DNA of 64,000 nt from an uncultured bacterium (GTDB lineage Bacteria; Verrucomicrobiota; Verrucomicrobiia; Verrucomicrobiales; DEV007). How positions within the stretch are numbered: position 1 is the first letter of the stretch; each line of letters starts with the position of its first letter. The stretch covers positions 1 to 64,000 of the forward strand of contig CAXBMO010000006.1 of NCBI GenBank assembly GCA_963977015.1, written 5' to 3'. This document shows, in pieces, positions 39,626-49,051 of this stretch. A model generated the notes under the pieces. That model had not been told where the DNA came from, searched no databases, and worked only from the letters and a program-made list of their open reading frames with translations. Made by a program: the position numbers and the translations under genes.

Positions 39626-42151
39626 ATGTCTTCCTTGATGACAAAGCTCGCAGGGTTCTTCTTCAGCTTGCCTCTGATGGCGATTGGCGCGGCCGCAGCG
39701 GCGGACTGGGACAATACGCTCGTCAATTATTGCTTCGAGTGCCACGACGATGCGACCGAGAAAGCCGGGTTTTCGTTGGAATCGCTGGAGGCCGACTTTC
39801 TGGGGCGATCCAATCACGAAGCCTGGGTTCGCGTTCACGACCGCCTTGCCAAGGGTGAAATGCCGCCCCGCGATGAGCCGCAGCCGAATGACACCGAGCG
39901 GCGGGAGTTGCTCGCGGCATTGGCGGAAAAACTGCACGCGGCCTCGTTGCAACATCAATCCGAGGGACGCGTCGCGTTCCGGCGCCTGAATCGAAACGAG
40001 TATGAATACACGATGCATGATTTGCTGGGAATCGGCGCGGATTTGAGGTCGCTCTTGCCGGAAGACAACAAGGCCGGCGGTTTTGACACGGTCAGCGCGG
40101 GTTTGGAGACTTCGGCCACGCACCTGGTGCGCTATCAGATCGCGGCGGATCAGGCCTTGGCGGGAGTTTATCCGGCTCGCGTCTTGTCGCGGAATTCCGG
40201 GACGCCGCGATTCCGCATGACTGGCCGGGAATTTTTGGAAGGCCGCCAGGAGGTTCACCAAAAGGGAATCAAACCCTACATTCAGATTCGCGGTGACACT
40301 TTTGTTTACGGAGCGCAGCTTTACAAGCACGGCAGCGTTCAGACGCAGCGAACGATTCCCGATCGGGAAGGCAAAACGCGGGCTTCCCCCGTGGTCGCGG
40401 GCCGTTACCGGATTCGCGCCTCCATGCATGCGCTCAATACGGACAGACCCATTCCCGTGACGATTGGCCGAATTTCCACGGATCGTTTCGGCCACGACAA
40501 ACTGGAGCATCTGCTGGAGATCCGCGATGCCCTTCCCAATCAACCGCGGGTCGTCGAATTGGAAGCCGATTTGGCGGCGAACGAGCAGGTCTATCTTTCG
40601 CCCAACAGCCTCACCCCGTTCCGAAATCTGAAAGGGCCCGACAAAAAGCCGATCCTCCCGGATTTCACGGGCCCCTGCCTCGCGGTGGATTGGCTGGAGA
40701 TCGAGGGGCCGTTGACGGAGGTCGATAGTTTCCAGGATTACTTCGGAGGTTTGCCCCGCGTTCCGGCGCGTTTCTACGAGGATTTCCTGGCCGGAAAAAA
40801 GGTTCAGGATTGGCAACGGATGAACCCAAACGAGTTCCTGAAACCGCAAAACCGGCTCCGGCTCATTTCCGATTCACCTGGCGAAGACGCGGAACGGTTG
40901 GTTCGCCACTTTATCCGGCGCGCGTTCCGGGGCATGGGGGATGAAGCGTTGTCACAGGGATTCGTCGATCGGGCGCAGAAGTTGATCGCCGATGGAGAGC
41001 CTCTCGAAGACGCCCTGCTGACGGTTTACAAGGAAGTCCTGTGTTCGCCGCATTTCCTCTTCCGGATCGAAGAGCCTGGCGAGCTGAACGACTTCGCTCT
41101 GGCGTCGCGCTTGTCCTATTTTCTGTGGAGCTCGGCGCCGGATGACGCGTTGCTCGATCTGGCGGAGAAGGGTGAGCTGCGAAAGCCCGAAGTCTTGCGC
41201 GCGCAGACCGAGCGAATGCTGAACGATTGGCGCTCGGAGCGTTTTGTCCGGCATTTCGCCGGCCAGTGGCTGGATCTCGAAAAGCTCCACGAGATGAAGC
41301 CGGACAGGATCTATTTCGAGTATGATGAAGATCTTGCGTGGTCGATGGGGGAGGAGACGCGGCGGTTTTTTGAGGAAGTGTTGGCGCGGAATCTGCCGGT
41401 GACGGAGTTTGTCGATTCCGATTGGTCGATGCTCAACGCGCGGCTGGCGCGGCATTACGGAATCGAGGGTGTCACCGGCATGGACCTGCGCCGCGTCAAG
41501 TTGCCTCCGGACGCTCATCGTGGCGGAATCATCACGCAGGCGAGCATTCTCAAACTTACCACCAACGCCTCCTACACATCACCGATCAAGCGGGGCGTGT
41601 GGATTTTGGAGAGGATTCTGGGAACGCCGCCTTCTCCGCCGCCGCCCGCGATTGAGGCGATCGAGCCCGATATTCGCGGCGCGGTGACGATTCGCGAGCA
41701 GATGGTGGCGCACAAAACGCAGGCCGTTTGCGCCTCCTGCCATGTGAAGATCGATCCGCCGGGGTTCGCGCTGGAAAACTTCGATGTCCTGGGAGGTTGG
41801 CGCGAGCGGTATCGCGTCGGCAAAGGCGGGCCCGGGATCGACTACGTTCACCTGGCGAACTATCCTGAGAAAAAGGTCTGGCTGGCGAAACCGGTCGAAG
41901 CCTTCGGCGAAACGCCCGATGGCGCCGAGTTTGCCGGGATTGACGATTACCGCCAATTGCTGCTGCGTCACCCGGAGCAAATCGCCCGCAATCTCGTTGA
42001 AAAGCTCATGATTTACGGGACGGGAGCTGAGCTGGAATTCGCCGACCGCCAGGTGGTGGAGGAAATCGTCGAAGCCGCGAAAGCGGACGAATACGGATTC
42101 CGTTCCCTGCTCCACGCCGTCGTCCAGAGCCGAATTTTCCGAAACAAATAA
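39626..42151 (+). CDS. DUF1592/DUF1588-type PVC cytochrome c domain protein
   Basis: CFECH and CASCH heme motifs; RRLNRNEY, LASRLSYFLWSS, RGGIITQASIL, TSPIKRGVW. Confidence 0.92.
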   Translation: MSSLMTKLAGFFFSLPLMAIGAAAAADWDNTLVNYCFECHDDATEKAGFSLESLEADFLGRSNHEAWVRVHDRLAKGEMPPRDEPQPNDTERRELLAALAEKLHAASLQHQSEGRVAFRRLNRNEYEYTMHDLLGIGADLRSLLPEDNKAGGFDTVSAGLETSATHLVRYQIAADQALAGVYPARVLSRNSGTPRFRMTGREFLEGRQEVHQKGIKPYIQIRGDTFVYGAQLYKHGSVQTQRTIPDREGKTRASPVVAGRYRIRASMHALNTDRPIPVTIGRISTDRFGHDKLEHLLEIRDALPNQPRVVELEADLAANEQVYLSPNSLTPFRNLKGPDKKPILPDFTGPCLAVDWLEIEGPLTEVDSFQDYFGGLPRVPARFYEDFLAGKKVQDWQRMNPNEFLKPQNRLRLISDSPGEDAERLVRHFIRRAFRGMGDEALSQGFVDRAQKLIADGEPLEDALLTVYKEVLCSPHFLFRIEEPGELNDFALASRLSYFLWSSAPDDALLDLAEKGELRKPEVLRAQTERMLNDWRSERFVRHFAGQWLDLEKLHEMKPDRIYFEYDEDLAWSMGEETRRFFEEVLARNLPVTEFVDSDWSMLNARLARHYGIEGVTGMDLRRVKLPPDAHRGGIITQASILKLTTNASYTSPIKRGVWILERILGTPPSPPPPAIEAIEPDIRGAVTIREQMVAHKTQAVCASCHVKIDPPGFALENFDVLGGWRERYRVGKGGPGIDYVHLANYPEKKVWLAKPVEAFGETPDGAEFAGIDDYRQLLLRHPEQIARNLVEKLMIYGTGAELEFADRQVVEEIVEAAKADEYGFRSLLHAVVQSRIFRNK

Positions 42152-42153
42152 CC

Positions 42154-43410
42154 ATGATGATCAATCCACTTCCACGCCGAACATTTCTCCGCGCCGGGGC
42201 TGCCTGCGTGGCCCTGCCCATGCTCGATGCCATGGGCGCGAAAGGCGAGACGGCCCCCAAACGCATGGTGCTCGTTCACCGGCCGCTGGGAACCTACCAT
42301 CCTCACCTCGTTCCCGAACAAACCGGGCTCAACTACCAGGCGCCGCGCTATTTGCAGAAGCTGGAAGAGCATCGCGGAAAGTTCACCCTGCTCTCCGGCG
42401 TCTCTCATCGCGGGTATCCGAACTCCCACCACACGGACAACGCCATTTTCACCGGAGTCGATCCCGCCGGCGTGGCGCGTGGCGACGATATTCACAACTC
42501 GATCTCCCTCGATCAGGAATTGGCCGAGCACATTGGTGGTGAGACGCGGGTGCGCAGCCTGACGTTGAACTCGGCGAATTGCGCCTCGCTCTCCTGGAAC
42601 CGCAAAGGCGTTCCCGTGCCCATGAACCGGCGCCGCAGCCAATTGTTCAGGCAGTTGTTCATCGACGGGACCCCGGAGGAAATCGAGGCGGAGCTGCGCC
42701 GATTGGAACACGGAAAAAGCATTCTGGACGACATGCGCGATCAACTGAAGTCGCTCACCAAAAAGCTTGGCGCGGCCGATCGCGAGCGAATTGAAATCAT
42801 GGAAACCTCGATTCGCGAGGCCGAGCAGCAACTGCACCAGGAGGAAGCCTGGATCACCAAGCCCAAGCCGGTCGTCGAGGCCACCGAAAAGGACTTTGCC
42901 GATCAGACCAACACCTGGCTGGAATCCCAGCAACGTTGGTATGCGCTCATTCATCTCGCCCTCCAGACGGACTCGACCCGCGTGATTGTCTATGGCCTCG
43001 GCGAGCACAATAACAACAACATCGCGGATCTCGAGATCGGACACCACGATGCGTCTCACCATGGTAAGAATCCGGAGAAGATCGAACAGTTTGCGCGCTA
43101 CGAGGAAAAGGAATACGCCAACTTCGCGGGTTTTCTGAAGATGTTAGGCGAAACCCGGGAACCGGGCGGAAACCTGCTCGACAACACCCAGGTCCTCCTG
43201 ACCAGCAACCTGGGAGACGCCTCCGCCCATGCCTCCAACAACCTGCCCACCTTCCTCGCGGGAGGAGGATTCAAACATCAGGGACACCTCGCCTTCGATC
43301 CGAAAAACAACTACCCGCTATCGAATTTATTCGTCCGCATGTTGCAGCGATTTGATTTGGAAACGGACCGCTTCGGGAACAGCACCAGTGTTCTGAGTGA
43401 ACTTGGGTAG
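42154..43410 (+). CDS. DUF1552-family protein (Tat-like RRTFL)
   Basis: RRTFLRAG..VALPMLDAM, SISLDQ, SILD, DSTRV, HDASHH; usual partner of DUF1592. Confidence 0.92.
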   Translation: MMINPLPRRTFLRAGAACVALPMLDAMGAKGETAPKRMVLVHRPLGTYHPHLVPEQTGLNYQAPRYLQKLEEHRGKFTLLSGVSHRGYPNSHHTDNAIFTGVDPAGVARGDDIHNSISLDQELAEHIGGETRVRSLTLNSANCASLSWNRKGVPVPMNRRRSQLFRQLFIDGTPEEIEAELRRLEHGKSILDDMRDQLKSLTKKLGAADRERIEIMETSIREAEQQLHQEEAWITKPKPVVEATEKDFADQTNTWLESQQRWYALIHLALQTDSTRVIVYGLGEHNNNNIADLEIGHHDASHHGKNPEKIEQFARYEEKEYANFAGFLKMLGETREPGGNLLDNTQVLLTSNLGDASAHASNNLPTFLAGGGFKHQGHLAFDPKNNYPLSNLFVRMLQRFDLETDRFGNSTSVLSELG

Positions 43411-43495
43411 GCAGGGTCAATAGAGCTGGCGTTCTCGTCAACTAACGGCTTCGGCACGCTTCGAATACCTGGATGGCGCCACAGAGTTGCTTGGA

Positions 43496-44866
43496 TCAAC
43501 CATGCCAAAAGCCCGAATATCCATCGGATTTTCGGCACTTTGCGATGAGGCGAGCCCATTGATCGCGGGTATAGGTTTTGGAAAGATAGGTAACCTTGGT
43601 CCCGCCATTGCGCTCAATTTGAGCGCTGTGAATCGATTCGGCCACTTCCAAAGGCTTGGCTCTTCGCTTAAGTTGATGATCAATCTTTATGACCGCCTGA
43701 ATGAGCCTCTTGGGTACATCCGATTTCTTGTGCTGGTGCCCTCCAAGAGCAAATCCAAGTTTTGACTGGCTGCGTTTCGCCTTTGCCTTCTTTTTCGTTG
43801 GGTGAAAACTCAGACCGCCGCTCAAGGAACCGGTCTTTCGGGAGCTCTTCGTCTTCGCTGATTTTGAAACTGAAGCTTGGTAAGCACAAATGGTTTCGAC
43901 TGCATGATCAAAACCAGGATTTTGGCCGAAGAACATGTTTTCCATCGAGGCGTAGTCCGTTTTCCATTCGCGCAATCGTTTCCCTTCCGGAGCAATCTGC
44001 AAAGTTTCGACCCTTAGCTCTTCATAGTTGATCCACGTTTGCCCAAAATAGACATTACGGTGCTCCATCACGCTGGCGAACAGTTCCGGCGTCACCTTAG
44101 AGATGTGCCTCGATTGGATAATCTGCTGCAGATCATAAAAGTGTCTGGCTAGTCGAGCGGCCACGCCTTTGCTCTCAGGCGCAGTATTCATTTCGTGAAT
44201 CAGCGCAGCCTTTTCACAGAACGTCCTCGCTGGAATGACGGTGTTTACCTTAACTTTGTTTTCTTTGATGGCGTTGGGAAATTCCTCGGCGGCGTAAGCT
44301 TGGATGATCACGTCCTCATCGGGCCATCCTTCCGCGCGCGGGCACAACTCCACCTTGACTCGCGGAGGGTTGTAGTTGCTCTCTCCTGCTATCGCGATTG
44401 GATAGTTTACATAAATCACCCATGGATCTCTCGCATCGATATCTTCAATTTCAACGTTCCATTCTTCGTCTCTCCTGACTACGTCTGCTAGGGCAGATTT
44501 CAGGAGAGGTTCAAGTTTTGCCGTCACCGCTTCCCTGCCGAGTTTTCGGAGATTTTTCTGACGTTTGGTTCTTTGACTGTTCGATTCCGCCTTCGCCGGG
44601 TCAGTTTCTTCGCTGATGCCAAGCCATTCTTGTGACATCGCGACATCAATGTCTTCGGAAAAACGTTCGATGCAGTGAAACGCCTTCGAAAGCGATGTGC
44701 CACCTCGAAAAGTCAGTTCCTTTCCAAACGAATTGCACAACGTCTTTAAAACCCAGCAAACCCAAAAGTCCTTTTCCACCAAATCGGGAGGCAGCTTTCG
44801 CTTTGTGCTCGTCGCTTGGAAAACGGCCCGCCGTTCGTTCGCGGGTTCTCGAATGAAATCGTCCAT
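43496..44866 (-). CDS. AbiEii/AbiGii-family nucleotidyltransferase toxin with extra basic C-terminal region
   Basis: VEKDFWV, FRGGTSLSK...IERFSEDID, RTFCEK, RLARHFYDL. Confidence 0.9.
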   Translation of the reverse strand: MDDFIREPANERRAVFQATSTKRKLPPDLVEKDFWVCWVLKTLCNSFGKELTFRGGTSLSKAFHCIERFSEDIDVAMSQEWLGISEETDPAKAESNSQRTKRQKNLRKLGREAVTAKLEPLLKSALADVVRRDEEWNVEIEDIDARDPWVIYVNYPIAIAGESNYNPPRVKVELCPRAEGWPDEDVIIQAYAAEEFPNAIKENKVKVNTVIPARTFCEKAALIHEMNTAPESKGVAARLARHFYDLQQIIQSRHISKVTPELFASVMEHRNVYFGQTWINYEELRVETLQIAPEGKRLREWKTDYASMENMFFGQNPGFDHAVETICAYQASVSKSAKTKSSRKTGSLSGGLSFHPTKKKAKAKRSQSKLGFALGGHQHKKSDVPKRLIQAVIKIDHQLKRRAKPLEVAESIHSAQIERNGGTKVTYLSKTYTRDQWARLIAKCRKSDGYSGFWHG

Positions 44867-44878
44867 AAATTAAGTTTG

Positions 44879-45511
44879 TCAGGCTACCGCGAGTTCTTCA
44901 CTGGCTACTCTAACAAATATCTCACGAATCCATGCTGGCGCAAATCGTTGGTCTTCCAAAATCTCCCGTTTCTCCGCTGGTGACAGCCGTTCTCGCAAGA
45001 TTTCGACAACTTCCGAAGTCACTTGGTTCTTTCGCAGAAAGCGCAGGGCTTGAGTAACTACCCCACTGGTGCGTCCAGCCATTTTCATGGTTTTAGGCGT
45101 CGTACGTTTGATTAAAATCTCCAATTTATCGATCTGGACCGAGCGCGGATTCATGTCGGAGAGAAACACTACCTTGCCGGGAACCTGCTCGGTTAATCCG
45201 AGCTGGTTCGCCGCGTAAGCTCCTGACGGCAGGAGTTTCGTTCCGGCTTCATTGGCCAACGCCTTCGCTACTGCGTCCGGATTTGGCGGAACTTCGCCAA
45301 CCAACCGGCTTTGCTCCGGGTAGTCGTAAAGCCCCTGGGCCAATCGGCGAATGCGGTTTTGCTTCCGCAGGCGAAAAAGGGCCATGTCGATCCCGTTCCG
45401 CGAGCCCAGGTCGAGGAAGTCAGCAGGCGTAAACACCCAGCCACGACCGTTGGCCTCGATTCGAGACCAAATCGAGGAATAGATGCTGGTTGACTGTGCT
45501 GTGTTTGTCAT
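44879..45511 (-). CDS. DUF6088-family (AbiEi-like) antitoxin/transcriptional regulator
   Basis: VFTPADFLDLGSR..IDMALFRL..IRRLAQGLY, PSGAYAANQLGLTEQVP, PAWI. Confidence 0.88.
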   Translation of the reverse strand: MTNTAQSTSIYSSIWSRIEANGRGWVFTPADFLDLGSRNGIDMALFRLRKQNRIRRLAQGLYDYPEQSRLVGEVPPNPDAVAKALANEAGTKLLPSGAYAANQLGLTEQVPGKVVFLSDMNPRSVQIDKLEILIKRTTPKTMKMAGRTSGVVTQALRFLRKNQVTSEVVEILRERLSPAEKREILEDQRFAPAWIREIFVRVASEELAVA

Positions 45512-45548
45512 TAAAAGAAAAAATAGAGTATTTTTCTTTCATAGTCAA
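45512..45548 (-). promoter_or_regulatory. Sigma70-like promoter overlapped by a palindromic operator for the TA operon
   Basis: Minus strand reads TTGACT-17nt-TATTTT-8nt-ATG; imperfect palindrome AAAGAAAAAATA-GAG-TATTTTTCTTT at 45514-45539. Confidence 0.6.
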
Positions 45549-45659
45549 GCAACGGATGGAGGAAATAGCCATATGATTCATTCGTAGAACTAAACAATCA
45601 GCGACCAAACCATTGGCGGATCCGGACAGGCTGGAGTCGTTCTGCGCGATCGATCGATT

Positions 45660-47186
45660 CTAACGGCTGCCCGGAAACGGAACTGGCTCTCCCGAACTAC
45701 GAATCACCGGCATCGGCGCATCGCGGTCGCGCAGAAAACCGGCCAGCTCAGTCGCGAGTTGGCGCGCTTGTTTCGGGCGTTCGTGGCTGAGGTTGTTCGT
45801 CTCGCCGAGATCGTTCGCGAGATCGAATAATTCGAATCGCCGATCTTCGTGGTAGTAGATCAGCTTCCAATCGCCGCGACGTATCGTGCTGCTGGGGCCC
45901 ATGCCCGGGCCTTCGACCGGCGGCCGGTTCAGAGGACCCCAGAAGTTGGGAAAATGCCAGACCAACGGGCGATCGAAGATCTCAGCCGTTGCGTCGCCCC
46001 GAAGCAGTGGCGTGAGATCGGCTCCATCGATGGCTTGCGAACCCGGCTGCTGCTGCCCGGCGACACCGAGCAAGGTGGGAAACCAGTCGTAGATCATCAC
46101 GGGCGTCTCGTTGGTCGAACCGGTCGCCGTCATGCCTGGCCACCGCGCCAGCAGCGGGACGCGGATCCCGCCTTCGTGATGGGCACCCTTGCCGCTGCTG
46201 AGCGGAGCGTTGTGGGTGTGGGGCGGACTCATCCCGCGACGACTGTGGCTCAACCCACCGTTGTCCGAGGTGAACACGACCAGGGTCTCGTCTGCGATCC
46301 CAAACTCGTCGAGAAGCCCTAACAAATCACCCACGCTCTTGTCCATGCCTTCGATCAACGACGCGTAGGCTGCCTCCGGTTCGTCCAGTCCGGCCTCGCG
46401 ATAGGCGGGGGCGAAACGTTCGTCCGGCTCGATCGGAGTGTGCGGCGCATAATGGGCGAAGTAACAGAAAAACGGCTGATCATCGTCGACAGCCTGCTTG
46501 ATCTCGCGTTTGGCCTCGAGCGTCAACGCCTCGGTCAGGTGGATGTCTTCCCCAAAGTAGGCATCGAGATCCCACGCTCTCCAGGGACCGTCCGGGTGCT
46601 TTTTCGCGCCGAAATGCTTCGTTCCCCAGTAACTCCCGCAACCACCTGCGTCGCGGCCGCCGATCCTGACATCAAACCCAAAATTCTTCGGATCCGCGCC
46701 CGGCGTGCCTGCCGATCCGAAGTGACCTTTGCCGAAATGCATCGTGCGATAATCCGCCTTTCGCAGCAACTGCGGCAACGTCTCCACGCTTATCGCGTTT
46801 GGCATCGATTCCGGCTGCAACCCGTTCCAATTCCACGTGGCCGGATCGAGCGTAGGATGGTCGAGGTCCGAACTGGGCGCGTCCCCGCTGAGATAGGTCC
46901 ACTGCGTCACCCGGTGCCGCGCCTCGTTCTGACCGGTCATGAGACTGACTCGGGTCGGCGAGCAGACCGCGCAGGAATACGCTTGGGTGAACTTCATGCC
47001 TTCCCGGGCCAGGCGTTCCAGCGCCGGAGTCCGGTAGCGTTCGTTGAACGGAGTGCGCTCAGGTCCGAAGGCAACGCTGGTGTCCTGCCAACCCATGTCA
47101 TCCGCGAGAATGTAGAGAATGTTAGGGCGTTCGCCCGCGGTTAGGCTGGAAGCGAGAGCCAGCAGAAAAATAGAGATTCGTTTCAT
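45660..47186 (-). CDS. Cys-type (formylglycine) sulfatase
   Basis: PNILYILADDMG, CSPTR, GKGHFG, SDNGG, EGGIRVP. Confidence 0.95.
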   Translation of the reverse strand: MKRISIFLLALASSLTAGERPNILYILADDMGWQDTSVAFGPERTPFNERYRTPALERLAREGMKFTQAYSCAVCSPTRVSLMTGQNEARHRVTQWTYLSGDAPSSDLDHPTLDPATWNWNGLQPESMPNAISVETLPQLLRKADYRTMHFGKGHFGSAGTPGADPKNFGFDVRIGGRDAGGCGSYWGTKHFGAKKHPDGPWRAWDLDAYFGEDIHLTEALTLEAKREIKQAVDDDQPFFCYFAHYAPHTPIEPDERFAPAYREAGLDEPEAAYASLIEGMDKSVGDLLGLLDEFGIADETLVVFTSDNGGLSHSRRGMSPPHTHNAPLSSGKGAHHEGGIRVPLLARWPGMTATGSTNETPVMIYDWFPTLLGVAGQQQPGSQAIDGADLTPLLRGDATAEIFDRPLVWHFPNFWGPLNRPPVEGPGMGPSSTIRRGDWKLIYYHEDRRFELFDLANDLGETNNLSHERPKQARQLATELAGFLRDRDAPMPVIRSSGEPVPFPGSR

Positions 47187-47351
47187 GGGATTTTGGGATA
47201 CTTCACCGGCTGGGCAGGGTTTCCAGCATTGCAAACTGAGAAGGTCACTCGGGCACTTCTTTTTCGACGAAACGATTGGCTGAAAGGTATTCCTGCCAGA
47301 GCTTGGGTCGGTTTTGGCGGCATAGATTCGGTGCTTTCGTGATTACCGGTC

Positions 47352-48671
47352 TCAATCCGCACGCTTCGAATAGGTGGAGGGTGCCACCTGCTCGTAGGTC
47401 GAGTCCTCTCCGATCGCCATGCGGAAGGCGTCAAAATACAGGACCGAGCGTTCTTCGGTGCCGGGCCATTTGTTGGAACCCCGATAGAGTCCGATCTTGA
47501 AATACGGTCCCTTGTTTTTCCCTTCATACCAGGTGGCGCCCTCGTAGTCGGCAACCAGTTGGTCGTTCTTGGAGAGTTTTATCCAGCCGCCCTTTCCGGG
47601 AGCCTGGTGGTTGATCTCCATGACCCAGTCCGTCCATTGGCCACGATCTTCCTCGATCGAACCGAGATCAAATTGTTCGGCGGCGGTTGTCGCTCCATCG
47701 CCTTGATGACGCAGCTTCAGCCGCCATTTGCCTTTGGAAATGTAGAGGTGGGTTGGTGGGCCGCCATCCTCAGGGTATTCCTTGCCCGTGCCCCAGTCGT
47801 GCCACTGGGTGACGATCGTAAAGAAGGTATCCGCATCGAAATTCTCCGGCACAAAAATGCTCCAACCGTATCGCGCAACGCCATAGGCCGGAGAGCGAGC
47901 GCCCACGATTTCGCTGCGTTCCTTCGATTTTAAAAGCGTTGCCTGATAGGCATGGTCGCCCTCTCGAACCGGTCCTTCGTCACGCTTGACGATTGCTCGC
48001 GTGGCTCCCTCTTTTGAGGATACCTGGGAGAAGTCGCCGGTTTCAAAGTCGAACCAATCCACCAGGCCCGCGGCAAGGGCCGCCGCATCGGAAGCGGACG
48101 TCTCCGGCTGGGCCGAACGCTCCGATTCCAACCGAATCCCGGTCGCCCGCACCTTGGTCGTTCCCTTCGACGGGCTGTAGATCCAGATCCGCATGTGCGA
48201 GGTGCCCGCCGGAGCGATTTCCGACATCGTCTGGGTCAACGAGCGTTCGCCGCCGCCTTTCATCCAGACGCGCTTCTGCTTCAGGGACAGCTTCTCGACG
48301 TCCTTTTCCCGGGCAGACTTCTTCGGGAGAAAGTTCAGGTAAACAAACAGCCCGCCGTCACCCGCCAGATCGAACGAGAGCTGGTAGCGATTGCCCGGCT
48401 CAGCGTTCACCCATTGGACCAGGCCCAGACCAGCTGAGGCGCTGCTGTCGTGAATCCGGACTCCGCCCAAAGCCGCATCCGTGCGCAAGCCTGCTCCCGC
48501 TGGGTAAGCTTCCCAACCATCCGGCATCTGATCGCCGGAGTGGTCCGCAAAGGTTGGATTCGCCAATGCAACCGGAGTCGCGGCCGAGACGGTTGGGGTT
48601 CCGGATAAAAGGAAGATGGAACAGGCGAGGGGACCGGCAAAGCGCAGGATTCTAATCGCGGAGTGTTCCAA
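47352..48671 (-). CDS. Polysaccharide-lyase-fold protein (heparin lyase I/PL20-like) with N-terminal CBM-like domain
   Basis: DFETGD, ERSEI, YGWSIFVP, IVTQWH, GQWTDWV, PYFKIGLYR; start uncertain (TTG at 48671 chosen). Confidence 0.72.
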   Translation of the reverse strand: MEHSAIRILRFAGPLACSIFLLSGTPTVSAATPVALANPTFADHSGDQMPDGWEAYPAGAGLRTDAALGGVRIHDSSASAGLGLVQWVNAEPGNRYQLSFDLAGDGGLFVYLNFLPKKSAREKDVEKLSLKQKRVWMKGGGERSLTQTMSEIAPAGTSHMRIWIYSPSKGTTKVRATGIRLESERSAQPETSASDAAALAAGLVDWFDFETGDFSQVSSKEGATRAIVKRDEGPVREGDHAYQATLLKSKERSEIVGARSPAYGVARYGWSIFVPENFDADTFFTIVTQWHDWGTGKEYPEDGGPPTHLYISKGKWRLKLRHQGDGATTAAEQFDLGSIEEDRGQWTDWVMEINHQAPGKGGWIKLSKNDQLVADYEGATWYEGKNKGPYFKIGLYRGSNKWPGTEERSVLYFDAFRMAIGEDSTYEQVAPSTYSKRAD

Positions 48672-49051
48672 AATCTTCCAAAGGTTAGATTGGAGGTTGT
48701 ACTTTGAGGCTCGGATGTTGCCTTGAACGGATGAAGCCAACCTATCGCCGAGGGATGTCCGTGGAGACTGGGAAGTGTCGAAAAAAATGGTGCTTTGTGA
48801 GTTGTGGTGGGAATTATGCAGGGAGCAGATCACGTTGGCCGAGGTGGAAGAGAATTCTAGTGCGAAATGTTCATCTCATCTTCGCATTGGTAGAAAAGCC
48901 AGCCCAGGCCTGTTGTGGATCGGGTGAATACGACGTTGTTGGTGGAGGGGCAGCGGCGATTTTTCCCCGGAACGGGCTTGATGCGAAGCGGTGACCATGC
49001 GTGGATATCGGGAATAACCCCATTCCTGTTCCAAATCCCCCTTCCATTCGC

